Part shown: positions 30,981 to 40,689 of the stretch, piece by piece
How the letters are laid out: each line of letters begins with the position of its first letter
Numbering within the stretch: position 1 is the stretch's first letter
From: an uncultured virus (IMG/VR IMGVR_UViG_3300006105_001031)
Lineage: Duplodnaviria > Heunggongvirae > Uroviricota > Caudoviricetes
Virus record (IMG/VR): IMGVR_UViG_3300006105_001031
Location: 1 to 64,000 of that record
Length of the DNA stretch: 64,000 nt
Reading direction: 5' to 3' (one strand)
Notes under the pieces: generated by a model
What the model was told of the DNA's origin: nothing
Seen by the model: the letters and a program-made list of their open reading frames with translations, nothing else
Databases searched by the model: none
Program-made: the position numbers and the translations under genes

Positions 30981-32597
30981 ATGGCACAACTGTTTGGCTT
31001 TGAAATTAAAAGAGCCGTAGAAGATACATCGTCGATACAATCTTTTGTTTCAAAAGAAACAGACGATGGCGCATTAGTTGTTTCAGCGGGCGGAACTTTC
31101 GGGACATATTTAGATCTTGAAGGTTCCGCCAAGACTGAAGCAGAAATCGTAGCAAAATATCGTGAAATGTCAATTCAACCAGAATGCGAATTGGCTATTG
31201 ACGATATCGTAAACGAAGCTATTGTAAAAGAAGATAATGACAAAATCGTTGAGCTAAACCTCGATGACGTTCCACTAGAAGACACTATCAAAGATGCTAT
31301 CAAAGGTCAGTGGGACGAAATTTCTAGAATGCTTCAAATCAACACTCACGGATATGATATTTTCCGTCGTTGGTATATTGATGGCAGAATGTATTATCAT
31401 ATCATGATTGATACAGCAAACCCTCGTTCTGGTATTCAAGAATTGCGTTATGTTGATCCAAGAAAGATTCGTAAGGTTCGTCCTGTTAAGAGAATCAAAA
31501 AGAATGGAATGTATGTTAACATCATAGAATCAGAGTTCTATATGTTTAACGAAAGAGGATTCAAAGGATCTTCGGCTTCTAACATGGATAACCAGGGTCT
31601 TCAGATTTCTAAAGATTCAATCATTCATGTTACCTCAGGTATTGTAGATAAGGACAATAAAATTGTTCTCGGACACCTACATAAAGCAATCAAGCCATTA
31701 AACCAGCTGCGCGTTCTTGAAGACGCTACTGTAATCTATCGTATCTCACGCGCACCAGAACGTCGCATTTTCTATATTGACGTTGGTAACCTGCCAAAGA
31801 TTAAGGCAGAGCAGCATGTTAGAGATATGATGACCCGCCATAAAAATCGTCTAGTCTATGATGCCACGACTGGTGACATGAGAGACGATCGTAAATTCAT
31901 GACCATGCTCGAAGACTACTGGCTACCTCGTCGTAGCGAAGGTCGTGGTACTGAAATTACAACTTTGCCATCGGGCCAAAATCTAGGTGAACTTGCTGAC
32001 GTTCATTATTTCGAAAAGAAACTATACAGATCACTCAACGTTCCTGTTTCTAGACTTGAATCAGAATCAGGATTCAATATGGGTCGTTCGTCAGAAATTA
32101 CTCGTGATGAATTAAAGTTTCAGAAGTTTGTATATCGCCTTCGTTTGAAATTCTCAGAACTATTCATGAAAGCTCTAGAAAAGCAGCTTATCTTGACTGG
32201 TATTCTTACAACTGAAGACTGGGATTCAATTAAAGATTCTATTCACTTTGACTTCCGCCGTGATAACTATTTTGCTGAACTTAAAGACAGTGAAATTCTT
32301 CGTGAGCGTCTAACCACCCTACAGCAGATCGACCCATATGTCGGTAAGTATTACTCTGTTGAGTGGGTGCGTAAGAACGTTCTAAGAATGACGGACTCGG
32401 ATATTGAACAGATGGATACTGAAATCGAATTTGAAATCCAAAACAATACACCTGGATTAACTGCTCTGCAAATGGATCAAGGCGTAGAAGGAACTGATAA
32501 TGCTGATGCAAAATTAGCGGCGGATTCGAGCGAGTCAGGTAATGCTCCTACTCCCGAAAAGGCACCAAAAGCACCAAAAGTTCCTAAAGAAGCATAA
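30981..32597 (+). CDS. gp20: Portal protein gp20
   Basis: FRRWYIDGR; LHKAIKPLNQLR.LED..VIYRISRAPERRIFYIDVGNLPK; EDYWLPRR. Confidence 0.97.
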   Translation: MAQLFGFEIKRAVEDTSSIQSFVSKETDDGALVVSAGGTFGTYLDLEGSAKTEAEIVAKYREMSIQPECELAIDDIVNEAIVKEDNDKIVELNLDDVPLEDTIKDAIKGQWDEISRMLQINTHGYDIFRRWYIDGRMYYHIMIDTANPRSGIQELRYVDPRKIRKVRPVKRIKKNGMYVNIIESEFYMFNERGFKGSSASNMDNQGLQISKDSIIHVTSGIVDKDNKIVLGHLHKAIKPLNQLRVLEDATVIYRISRAPERRIFYIDVGNLPKIKAEQHVRDMMTRHKNRLVYDATTGDMRDDRKFMTMLEDYWLPRRSEGRGTEITTLPSGQNLGELADVHYFEKKLYRSLNVPVSRLESESGFNMGRSSEITRDELKFQKFVYRLRLKFSELFMKALEKQLILTGILTTEDWDSIKDSIHFDFRRDNYFAELKDSEILRERLTTLQQIDPYVGKYYSVEWVRKNVLRMTDSDIEQMDTEIEFEIQNNTPGLTALQMDQGVEGTDNADAKLAADSSESGNAPTPEKAPKAPKVPKEA

Positions 32598-32624
32598 ATA
32601 ATAAATAGATTATTGGAGAATATT

Positions 32625-32834
32625 ATGCCAGAAGATACTTACACCATTGATGACGTAGTTAATATGATTGTGGCGGGAGATAAAGTAAATCTCGGAGCTG
32701 CTGTACATGACGTAATGATGCAGAAAGCGGCACAAGAATTAGAAGTCCAAAAAGTTTTAATCGCACAAAGATTCCTCGATGCTACACCACAAAGTGATGA
32801 CTACGAGGATGACGGAGAGGATACAGAGGAATAA
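32625..32834 (+). CDS. Prohead core protein, gp67-like
   Basis: Small acidic ORF right after gp20; RBS GGAG then ATG 32625; CATAAATA at 32593. Confidence 0.6.
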   Translation: MPEDTYTIDDVVNMIVAGDKVNLGAAVHDVMMQKAAQELEVQKVLIAQRFLDATPQSDDYEDDGEDTEE

Positions 32835-32835
32835 G

Positions 32836-34431
32836 ATGGCTGAAAATCAAGACCTAAGTCAAACACAGGTTCGCTTATCTAAGGGAACTGTACCTAACCC
32901 GAAATACTATCAGCCTAAGCCAACTGCTGGGGATGAAGTTCGTTTCTTTAAGAAACACGTTGTTAAGATTATTGACAATCTCAAAAATGACCAAAAGAAT
33001 GCTCCCCCAGGCGTTAAAGGCGGCAGCGAACAGTTTGAGATAGGCAAGAAAGCTAAGAAAGACGATACTGTAAAGGCAGATATCGATAGCTCGGCTGAAG
33101 AAGATGAATACGTATACGAATCATTTGACGATATTCTAGAAAAGCTAGATATGTCAAGAGGCGCTGGTCCTGTAATTGATGATTTTGTTAAATCTAAAGA
33201 TCCTCGTTTTGCAGGTAAAGACAAAAAAACACGCATTAGAATGGCACTAGGTGCATATTACGGCAAGAAGAACGAAGAGTATATGGCAGAAATGGGTGAC
33301 CCAATGTCGGCTGCTCCTGCTACTTCAGATTCTCCAGGTCAAGGCGACGGCAATCCAACATCAAATTCTCGTGAATTCAAGAACGAAACAGATTCTGAAC
33401 CCGATACAGGCGAAGGTACTGAAGTTCCTGAATATAGAAAACAGCTAGAAGCTCTTGCTCTAACATCAGCCCAGCTATACGAAATGATGTCAGACAATAA
33501 AGACATTAGCCAAGAAGATGCTCAAAAAATTGAGTATGCTTTAACTTATATCAATGACATTTATGAAACAGCTGCAACATCATCTCAGGATACATCAAAC
33601 GAAAAGAAATCGACTGATGACAATACTGAAATGAAGCCAAATGCTTATTCTTCAGCTCAAGGTAGCATGAAGAGTGAATCTTATACTAGACTAACACGTG
33701 CGCTCGGAGAAGCTAGAGAAGTTACTCCCGCTCTTAGAGCCGCGCAAGCTCGTCTGCGTGATGGTCCACCAAAAGCACAACCGAAATCATCAATTTTTAA
33801 AAATTCGGAAAGTGGAACTAGAGACCTAGTTAAGCATCATCGCGAAAGATATAAACATCATAAAGATGAACTCCAGAATTGGGAAGATGCTCATCATGAT
33901 CTCAAATCAGGGAATCTAGGAATACCAACTGATGATCACAATTGGATGCGCGGAGCTGAAGATGAAATTAACTCGCATATTGATCATCACGCAGAACGTC
34001 TAACTCATCACAGAGAAAGAATGCATAGATATAATAATATGCTGTCAAAGCCATATAATATCAAAGAAGATGTGGATCAGCTTGATGAAATTTCTAAAAA
34101 AACTGCTACTTCGTTTTTAGATAAAACAGAACCAGAAAATGAATTTGTATCAGGTCCTGTAGGAAAAACAGGTCATGGAAAAGGAAGAAAACTTGCTTTT
34201 TCAAAATTAGCAAAACACAGCAAAGCTAAAGTTCCTGCTACTGAATCTGCTGATTACGTTTCTCCTGAACTCAAAGATATTAAGTTCAACAACAAGAAGC
34301 CAGTCAAAGGCGAGAAGTTATCTCCCGATGAAGGCGGCATAACAACAACAAACGATAGTGACGCGCTAGATGCTATTCGTACTGATTTCAAAAAGCATCT
34401 GATCAATAAGAGAAGCAAAGGAACCAAGTAA
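32836..34431 (+). CDS. Large charged prohead core/internal protein at the gp68 position
   Basis: Likely start ATG 32836 (RBS GAGGA); lies between gp67-like and gp21; highly charged; DDFVKSKDPRFAGK..RIRMALGAYY module; multiple x-x-E cleavage-like sites. Confidence 0.6.
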   Translation: MAENQDLSQTQVRLSKGTVPNPKYYQPKPTAGDEVRFFKKHVVKIIDNLKNDQKNAPPGVKGGSEQFEIGKKAKKDDTVKADIDSSAEEDEYVYESFDDILEKLDMSRGAGPVIDDFVKSKDPRFAGKDKKTRIRMALGAYYGKKNEEYMAEMGDPMSAAPATSDSPGQGDGNPTSNSREFKNETDSEPDTGEGTEVPEYRKQLEALALTSAQLYEMMSDNKDISQEDAQKIEYALTYINDIYETAATSSQDTSNEKKSTDDNTEMKPNAYSSAQGSMKSESYTRLTRALGEAREVTPALRAAQARLRDGPPKAQPKSSIFKNSESGTRDLVKHHRERYKHHKDELQNWEDAHHDLKSGNLGIPTDDHNWMRGAEDEINSHIDHHAERLTHHRERMHRYNNMLSKPYNIKEDVDQLDEISKKTATSFLDKTEPENEFVSGPVGKTGHGKGRKLAFSKLAKHSKAKVPATESADYVSPELKDIKFNNKKPVKGEKLSPDEGGITTTNDSDALDAIRTDFKKHLINKRSKGTK

Positions 34432-35099
34432 TGAGCGGCGCTTTACTAATTTGCGAAAAAATTGAAGACGTAAGAACTCTTAAAGAGACTACCGAAAACG
34501 GTAAGAAGAATTACTTCATTGAAGGTGTATTTCTTCAGTCATCAATTAAAAATCGCAACGGAAGAATGTATCCAGAAGAAGTAATGGATAGAGAAGTTGC
34601 ACGTTACACAAAATCTCTAATTGAATCAAACAGAGCCTATGGTGAACTTAATCACCCATCGGGTCCTACAATTAATCTAGATCGCGTATCGCACATGATC
34701 AAAGAACTGCGTAAAGATGGACCTAACTATATCGGTAGAGCGCAAGTTCTTGAGACCCCTATGGGAAACATTGCCAGAAACCTTATTGATGCTGGTGCTA
34801 ACCTTGGTGTTTCGTCAAGAGGCATGGGTTCGCTAAAACAAAACAAAGATGGCATTATGGAAGTTCAAAATGACTTTATGCTTGCTACTGCTGCTGATAT
34901 TGTTGCTGATCCATCAGCTCCTGATGCTTTTGTTAAGGGCATTATGGAAGGTACTGAATGGTGGTATGATATTGCTGAAGGTTCTTGGAGACAGGTTGAA
35001 GCTGTTAAAACAGAAATTAAGAAAATGTCCACAAGACAAATTCAAGAAAATAAGGTCAGAATGTTCGAGAATTTCGTAAATTCATTGGTCAAAAGATAA
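34431..35099 (+). CDS. gp21: Prohead protease gp21
   Basis: IEGVFLQ..KNRNGRMYP; GELNHP; LGVSSRGMGSL; DIVADPSAPDAFV. Confidence 0.96.
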   Translation: MSGALLICEKIEDVRTLKETTENGKKNYFIEGVFLQSSIKNRNGRMYPEEVMDREVARYTKSLIESNRAYGELNHPSGPTINLDRVSHMIKELRKDGPNYIGRAQVLETPMGNIARNLIDAGANLGVSSRGMGSLKQNKDGIMEVQNDFMLATAADIVADPSAPDAFVKGIMEGTEWWYDIAEGSWRQVEAVKTEIKKMSTRQIQENKVRMFENFVNSLVKR

Positions 35100-35104
35100 G
35101 AATA

Positions 35105-35112
35105 TATAAATA
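35105..35112 (+). promoter_or_regulatory. T4-type late promoter TATAAATA
   Basis: Exact consensus upstream of gp22. Confidence 0.85.
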
Positions 35113-35145
35113 CTAATAAATTAGCTCTCAGGGAGAAATCAAATT

Positions 35146-36264
35146 ATGGCTAGAAAGATTATCAACGAAAGTGCTGAGCAACTGGATGAATTCAAAGCAT
35201 CCGACGGTCAGAGCGAAGCTCCAGATCCTATCACAAAGGATGGACATAAAGCTCGTTCAGCTGACAAGAGTGAAGGTGAAAAAGCAATCCCAACTTTTGC
35301 TACCAAAATTGAAGCTATTAACGCTGTTGTACAACAGCTATCAGGTCTACCAAAAGAAAAGATCGGTGACATTTTCAAAGGTATGGCTGATGATGCCGGT
35401 CTAAGTCCAGAAAAGGCACACAAAGGTCGTAATGCTGACAAAAATGTCAAAGGCGAAACTCTAGCTCAATCATATATTTCTCCAACATCAGATCACGCCG
35501 CTATTGATCATCACACAAATGGTCTTAAACTAGCCAAAGAAGATATCGCTGATCTATTCGACGGTGATGAATTATCAGAAGAACTAAAAGAAAAAGCATC
35601 GATCGTTTTTGAAGCAGCAGTTAACGCAAGAATCGTTACTGAACTAGCTCGTATCGAAGAAGAAAACGAAATCAAACTAGAAGAAGCTATTGAAACAATT
35701 CGTCAAGAAGTTGTCGAATCTGTAGACAAGTATCTAACCTACGCTGTAGAACAGTGGATGGACGAAAATGAACTAGCTATTGAATCTTCACTGCGCAATG
35801 AAGTTGCTGAAGAATTCATCGGCGGACTTAAGAACCTATTTGTTGAGCATTACATCGAAATCCCTGAAGAAAAGGTTGATGTAATCGAAGAACTAGTCGC
35901 ACGAGTTGAAGAACTAGAAGCACAACTAAACGAATCGATTGAAGAAAACATCGATCTATCAGCTGCCATGAAGGAAGCTGAAGTTTCTAAAGTATTTGCT
36001 GAAATGACTGAAGGTTTGGCTATGACACAAGCTGAAAAGCTAAAGGTTCTTTCTGAAGGTATTGAGTATGGTTCGGTTGAAGAGTTCACGAAGAAACTAA
36101 CTGTTATCAAGGAAACTTATTTCCCTGCTGACAGAAAACAAACAACATCTGCTGTTGAGTATCTAAATGAAGAATTTGATGAAGATACAAGTGGTACTGT
36201 TGTTAAGCCCACTGGCACTATGGGTCGCTATGTAGAAAATCTCTCTAGACTATCGACAAAGTAA
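35146..36264 (+). CDS. gp22: Prohead scaffold gp22
   Basis: ELSEELKEKASIVFEAAV; VDKYLTYAVEQWMDENELAIE; GLKNLFVEHYIEIPEEKVD. Confidence 0.93.
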   Translation: MARKIINESAEQLDEFKASDGQSEAPDPITKDGHKARSADKSEGEKAIPTFATKIEAINAVVQQLSGLPKEKIGDIFKGMADDAGLSPEKAHKGRNADKNVKGETLAQSYISPTSDHAAIDHHTNGLKLAKEDIADLFDGDELSEELKEKASIVFEAAVNARIVTELARIEEENEIKLEEAIETIRQEVVESVDKYLTYAVEQWMDENELAIESSLRNEVAEEFIGGLKNLFVEHYIEIPEEKVDVIEELVARVEELEAQLNESIEENIDLSAAMKEAEVSKVFAEMTEGLAMTQAEKLKVLSEGIEYGSVEEFTKKLTVIKETYFPADRKQTTSAVEYLNEEFDEDTSGTVVKPTGTMGRYVENLSRLSTK

Positions 36265-36270
36265 TAAAAA

Positions 36271-36278
36271 TATAAATA
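36271..36278 (+). promoter_or_regulatory. T4-type late promoter TATAAATA
   Basis: Exact consensus upstream of gp23. Confidence 0.88.
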
Positions 36279-36314
36279 AGATATAATCCAATTAGGAATC
36301 ACAAGGAGAAACTA

Positions 36315-37721
36315 ATGTTCATTAATGAAGCAATCCAAAAGAAGTGGGCACCTGTTCTAGATCACGAAGGTTCGCCAGAGTTCAAAGACTCACACCGTCG
36401 TGCTGTTACTGCTCAGCTTCTAGAAAACACAGAAATCGCAATGCAACAAGAAGCAGCGTTCGCGCCTACTTCTCTGTTGGAAACTTCAGACGTTGCTCCA
36501 GTTAACACAACTGGCAACTCACTGAACTACGACCCCGTTCTAATTTCTCTAATCCGTCGCGCAATGCCTAACCTCGTTGCTTACGACTTCTGCGGTGTTC
36601 AGCCAATGACAGGTCCAACAGGACTTATCTTTGCTCTACGTCCACAGTATGCTTCGAATACTGGTTCGAACAACACCTTCGGTTCGACAAACGACCCAAC
36701 TGGTGCAAACACAGCGTTCTACTACGAAGCTAACACTGGTGCTTCAACCATTCAGGTTGCTAACTCGATCGGTGGTAACTCTGGTCTAGGTAACGCTTCT
36801 CTTGACTTCGGTGGTAACTACACTCCTGGTGTTGTCGCTACAGGTAACAACGTTGTTTCGGGTAACGCTCAGCAGTACAACTTCGCATCGGGTATGGCTA
36901 CTTCGGTTGCTGAACAGCTCGGTTCGACAACTGGTGGTAACGATTTTGGTCAGATGGCAATCACCATCGACCGTATCTCGGTTACTGCTAAGTCACGTGC
37001 TCTAAAAGCTGAGTACACAATCGAACTAGCACAGGACCTAAAAGCAATTCACGGTCTTGACGCTGAAACTGAGTTGGCAACAATTCTACAGGCTGAAATC
37101 ATGGCTGACATCAACCGTGAAATCATCCGTACTGTTGTTCTAACTGGTGTTCAGGGTGCTGCTGAAACAACAACTGCTGGTACTTTCGACCTTGACATCG
37201 ACTCAAACGGTCGTTGGTCAGTTGAGAAGTTCAAGGGTCTGATGTTCCAGATCGAGCGCGACTCTAACCGTATCGCCAAAGATACACGTCGTGGTAAGGG
37301 TAACTTCATGATCTGCTCGTCAGACGTAGCTTCGGCTCTTCAGATGGCTGGCGTTCTTGACTATACTCCTGCTCTAAACTCGAACAACCTACAGGTTGAC
37401 GATACAGGCAATACCTTCGCTGGTGTTCTAAATGGACGTACTCGCGTCTATATCGATCCATATGCTGCTGGTAACTATGCCCTAGTCGGTTATAAGGGTT
37501 CGTCAGCGTTCGACGCTGGTCTATTCTACTGCCCATACGTTCCACTACAGATGGTTCGTGCGGTTGGTCAGGATACCTTCCAGCCTAAGATCGGCTTCAA
37601 GACACGTTATGGTGTTGTTGCTAACCCATTTGCTCAGGGCGCGACCCAGAGCCAGCAGGGTGCACTAATCCAGAACAGCAACGTATTCTACCGTCGTATC
37701 CTAATCAACAACCTCCTATAA
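36315..37721 (+). CDS. gp23: Major capsid protein gp23
   Basis: DPVLISLIRRAMPNL; GVQPMTGPTGLIFA; AKSRALKAEYTIELAQDLKAIHGLDAE; FQPKIGFKTRYG. Confidence 0.98.
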   Translation: MFINEAIQKKWAPVLDHEGSPEFKDSHRRAVTAQLLENTEIAMQQEAAFAPTSLLETSDVAPVNTTGNSLNYDPVLISLIRRAMPNLVAYDFCGVQPMTGPTGLIFALRPQYASNTGSNNTFGSTNDPTGANTAFYYEANTGASTIQVANSIGGNSGLGNASLDFGGNYTPGVVATGNNVVSGNAQQYNFASGMATSVAEQLGSTTGGNDFGQMAITIDRISVTAKSRALKAEYTIELAQDLKAIHGLDAETELATILQAEIMADINREIIRTVVLTGVQGAAETTTAGTFDLDIDSNGRWSVEKFKGLMFQIERDSNRIAKDTRRGKGNFMICSSDVASALQMAGVLDYTPALNSNNLQVDDTGNTFAGVLNGRTRVYIDPYAAGNYALVGYKGSSAFDAGLFYCPYVPLQMVRAVGQDTFQPKIGFKTRYGVVANPFAQGATQSQQGALIQNSNVFYRRILINNLL

Positions 37722-37750
37722 TAATAAGAGTAAGTTGTTTAAACTTAAGA

Positions 37751-37779
37751 GGGGGGCAGGAAACTGCCCCCCTTTTTTT
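37751..37779 (+). terminator. Rho-independent terminator after gp23
   Basis: GGGGGGCAG-GAAA-CTGCCCCCC perfect 9-bp stem, GNRA loop, followed by T7. Confidence 0.93.
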
Positions 37780-37780
37780 A

Positions 37781-37788
37781 TATAAATA
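37781..37788 (+). promoter_or_regulatory. T4-type late promoter TATAAATA
   Basis: Exact consensus just after the terminator, upstream of gp3. Confidence 0.8.
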
Positions 37789-37818
37789 TGACTATGAGCA
37801 ACAAACTTTGGATCGACA

Positions 37819-38355
37819 ATGAACGCTATCACTACGCAGGTAATTAATAAGAATTTCTTATCTCCAACTGGATTTAAATTTGATATTCCTCAGTTGCCAA
37901 CATTTAGTTATTTTGTGCAAACAGTTCAAATTCCCTCTTTGGAGTTAAATTCTACTAGTGCATACCAAACGCCATTTGGAAAAATTACTACTCCAGGCGA
38001 TCACGTTACATTTAGTGACTTATCCGTTACATTTAAAATTGACGAAGATATGCTATCATACTTTGAAATATATGACTGGATTACTGATGTTGGTCTTCTT
38101 GATAGCTTTTCGGGTTATCAAACACTAGCGTCTAATGCGCCTGGATCGAAACAAGCAATCATAACCAATGCTGTGCTTACAGTATTGAATAGCGCAATGC
38201 AACCTAATGTAATCATAACCTTTAGAGACCTAATACCATCATCATTAACAATCAATGAATTCAACACAACAGATACTGAAATCAGTTATCTTACTGGTAC
38301 AGTCGTATTCAAATACAGAGAATTTACAAGACAATATATTTCTGGCAATCAATAA
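37819..38355 (+). CDS. gp3: Tail completion/tube terminator gp3-like
   Basis: NFLSPTGFKF..P..YFVQ..IPSL..PGD..FSDLSVTFKIDEDM..Y.EIYDWI; follows gp23. Confidence 0.85.
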   Translation: MNAITTQVINKNFLSPTGFKFDIPQLPTFSYFVQTVQIPSLELNSTSAYQTPFGKITTPGDHVTFSDLSVTFKIDEDMLSYFEIYDWITDVGLLDSFSGYQTLASNAPGSKQAIITNAVLTVLNSAMQPNVIITFRDLIPSSLTINEFNTTDTEISYLTGTVVFKYREFTRQYISGNQ

Positions 38356-38389
38356 TTTACTTGACTTTTCGCGAATAGTATAGTATGGA
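38356..38389 (+). promoter_or_regulatory. Sigma70-like early/middle promoter(s) for uvsY-uvsW
   Basis: TTTACT(38356)-N17-TATAGT overlapping TTGACT(38361)-N17-TATGGA. Confidence 0.6.
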
Positions 38390-38419
38390 TAATCTTCTGT
38401 AGAAGAGAACGAGGTCAAT

Positions 38420-38854
38420 ATGAAAATTGATGATATTTACGCCATGTGGAGTGAAGACACTAAAATTGATAGAACTGAATTGGGTCTAGAGGCAATTAAA
38501 ATTCCATCGCTCCACAACAAATATTTTAAGATATTCTCATCAGAGCGAATGGTATATAGGCAACTTGTTGAGAAAAAGAAACAACTAAAAGTGTTGAAGT
38601 TTGAATATTACTCTGGTTCTCTTGATGAAGAAACCATGATTGAGCGTGGATGGTCGCCTAATCCAAAACGAATTATTCGTGGCGATATCGATATGTACAT
38701 CGAAGGCGACAAAGAAATGTCAGAACTCAATCTCAAAATATCCTATCAACAAGAAAAGATGGATTTGTTAGAAGCCATTATTAAAAGTCTAAATAGTAGA
38801 GGGTATGAGATTAGCTCGGCCATTAAATGGGAACAATTTAAAGTAGGCGCATGA
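38420..38854 (+). CDS. uvsY: Recombination mediator UvsY
   Basis: W.EDTKID..L..E..KIPSLHNKY; EYYSG; RGYEISSAIKWEQF..G. Confidence 0.9.
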   Translation: MKIDDIYAMWSEDTKIDRTELGLEAIKIPSLHNKYFKIFSSERMVYRQLVEKKKQLKVLKFEYYSGSLDEETMIERGWSPNPKRIIRGDIDMYIEGDKEMSELNLKISYQQEKMDLLEAIIKSLNSRGYEISSAIKWEQFKVGA

Positions 38855-40293
38855 CGGAAAAATTAATAATCAAGAAAGTGGATGAAGTTTACGTAAAGAT
38901 TCATGCTGAGGCATCGACTTCTTACGAGCTTTCTGATTATTTTACTTTCACGATACCAAACGCACAGTTCCATCCAAAGGTAAAAGCTAAAATCTGGGAT
39001 GGCAAAATCCGCCTATACAATGTATTAACAAAACAACTTTATGCAGGTCTGACACCTTTAGTTGAGAAATTCGCTAGTGATAGAGGCTATGAAGTTGAAT
39101 ACGAATATAACAATGCAGCGGATAATTTTTCAGTAGCTGAAGCAAAACAGTTTATCAAAGAACTAGAGTTGCCTCATGTACCATACGATCACCAAATTGA
39201 TGCTTTTGTTTATGGAGTCCGGAATAGAAGAGCATTATTGATTTCTCCAACAGCTTCAGGAAAATCTTTAATCATATATCTTCTTGCCCGTTTCCTCAAT
39301 GAAAAAACTCTTATCATCGTTCCATCTATTTCGCTTGTACATCAGCTAGCTGGAGACTTTGCTGATTATGGATACACGAGTAAAGTGTATAAAATTACAG
39401 GCGGTGTAGATAAGAAAACTAACTGCGATATTACAGTAACTACTTGGCAGTCTATAGCAAAACAACCAAAGGAATGGTTTGATCAGTTCGGTGCTGTATT
39501 CGGAGACGAAGCCCACTTATTCAAAGCCACTTCTCTTGTTTCTATTATGACTAAACTGACCAAATGTAAATACCGCTACGGTCTCACAGGCACACTGGAT
39601 GGAACACTAACAAATAAGCTAGTGCTTGAAGGACTATTTGGTAGAGTTAAGAAAGTCATCTCCACTACTGAGTTAATGGAAAAGAAACACGTTTCTAATC
39701 TTCTGATAAAGGCTATCGTTCTTACCTATCCAGAAGAGGTATGTAAAGAAGTAAAGAAAGCATCATATCAAGAAGAAATGGACTTTATTGTTCGCAAAGA
39801 ATCTAGAAACAAATTCATTAAGAATCTTGCTCTTTCTCTACAAGGAAACACTCTGATCCTTTATCAGTATGTAGAGAAACATGGTGAAGTTCTTTACAAT
39901 CTAATAAAAGATAATGCAGGGGATCGACCAGTTTTCTTTGTTCACGGTGGTGTGGATGGTGAGGAAAGAGAAGAAATTCGACACATAGTCGAAAAAGAAA
40001 GCAACGCCATAATAGTCGCTTCTTATGGCACAATGTCCACAGGAACTAATATCAAGAATTTACACAATTTGATATTTGCTTCTCCAAGTAAATCTATTGT
40101 ACGTATTCTTCAGTCTATAGGTAGAGCATTGCGCAAATCTTCTACCAAATCAATTGCTACTCTATTTGATATTGCTGATGATCTTAGCTACAAGTCACAT
40201 ACTAACCATACAGCAAATCACTACAGAGAAAGAATTAAAATCTACGCAACTGAAGGATTCGACTTTAAAACATATAAGGTTGGTATAGAATGA
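38851..40293 (+). CDS. uvsW: SF2 DNA/RNA helicase UvsW
   Basis: WDGKIRL; SPTASGKS; GDEAH; GLTGT; LQSIGRALR. Confidence 0.95.
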   Translation: MTEKLIIKKVDEVYVKIHAEASTSYELSDYFTFTIPNAQFHPKVKAKIWDGKIRLYNVLTKQLYAGLTPLVEKFASDRGYEVEYEYNNAADNFSVAEAKQFIKELELPHVPYDHQIDAFVYGVRNRRALLISPTASGKSLIIYLLARFLNEKTLIIVPSISLVHQLAGDFADYGYTSKVYKITGGVDKKTNCDITVTTWQSIAKQPKEWFDQFGAVFGDEAHLFKATSLVSIMTKLTKCKYRYGLTGTLDGTLTNKLVLEGLFGRVKKVISTTELMEKKHVSNLLIKAIVLTYPEEVCKEVKKASYQEEMDFIVRKESRNKFIKNLALSLQGNTLILYQYVEKHGEVLYNLIKDNAGDRPVFFVHGGVDGEEREEIRHIVEKESNAIIVASYGTMSTGTNIKNLHNLIFASPSKSIVRILQSIGRALRKSSTKSIATLFDIADDLSYKSHTNHTANHYRERIKIYATEGFDFKTYKVGIE

Positions 40294-40646
40294 CATTAAA
40301 AGTAGTAAAACTAATCAACGGTGATGAGATCATAGCAGATATTGATCTTGAAAAAGATTCAACTAAAGAAACATATACTTTACACGACTCGTTAGCTTCC
40401 AAATCCTATTGGGACGGATCGGACTTTGTGTTGTATTTTGTTAGATATTGTGCAACGACAGATGATCCTATTGAAATCCGTAAGACGGATATTCTGTTTT
40501 TAGTTGATCCTATCAAAGATGTTGTTACTAACTTTGAGGAATTTAGAGAACAACGTCGAAAGAAAAAGAAAAAGGCATCAGATAGAGATGATGCTTTGGA
40601 TGTGTTTAAGAATATGCTTAGGACGAGTAATAGCAGTATCCATTAA
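40290..40646 (+). CDS. Conserved hypothetical protein (Sm-like N-terminus)
   Basis: KVVKLINGDEII motif typical of the gene between uvsW and gp55; ATGA overlap. Confidence 0.65.
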   Translation: MTLKVVKLINGDEIIADIDLEKDSTKETYTLHDSLASKSYWDGSDFVLYFVRYCATTDDPIEIRKTDILFLVDPIKDVVTNFEEFREQRRKKKKKASDRDDALDVFKNMLRTSNSSIH

Positions 40647-40661
40647 TAAGGCACATTCGTG

Positions 40662-40689
40662 ATTATACCGGAGTTTTGAAATATGTCAA
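40662..40689 (-). promoter_or_regulatory. Antisense sigma70 consensus promoter
   Basis: Minus strand reads TTGACA(40689-40684)-N16-TATAAT(40667-40662). Confidence 0.6.

Noticed and set aside
35230..35460. Short internal repeat in the gp22 N-terminus (GHKARSADKSEGE / AHKGRNADKNVKGE)
   Set aside because: Degenerate two-copy repeat in a region that is normally variable and low-complexity
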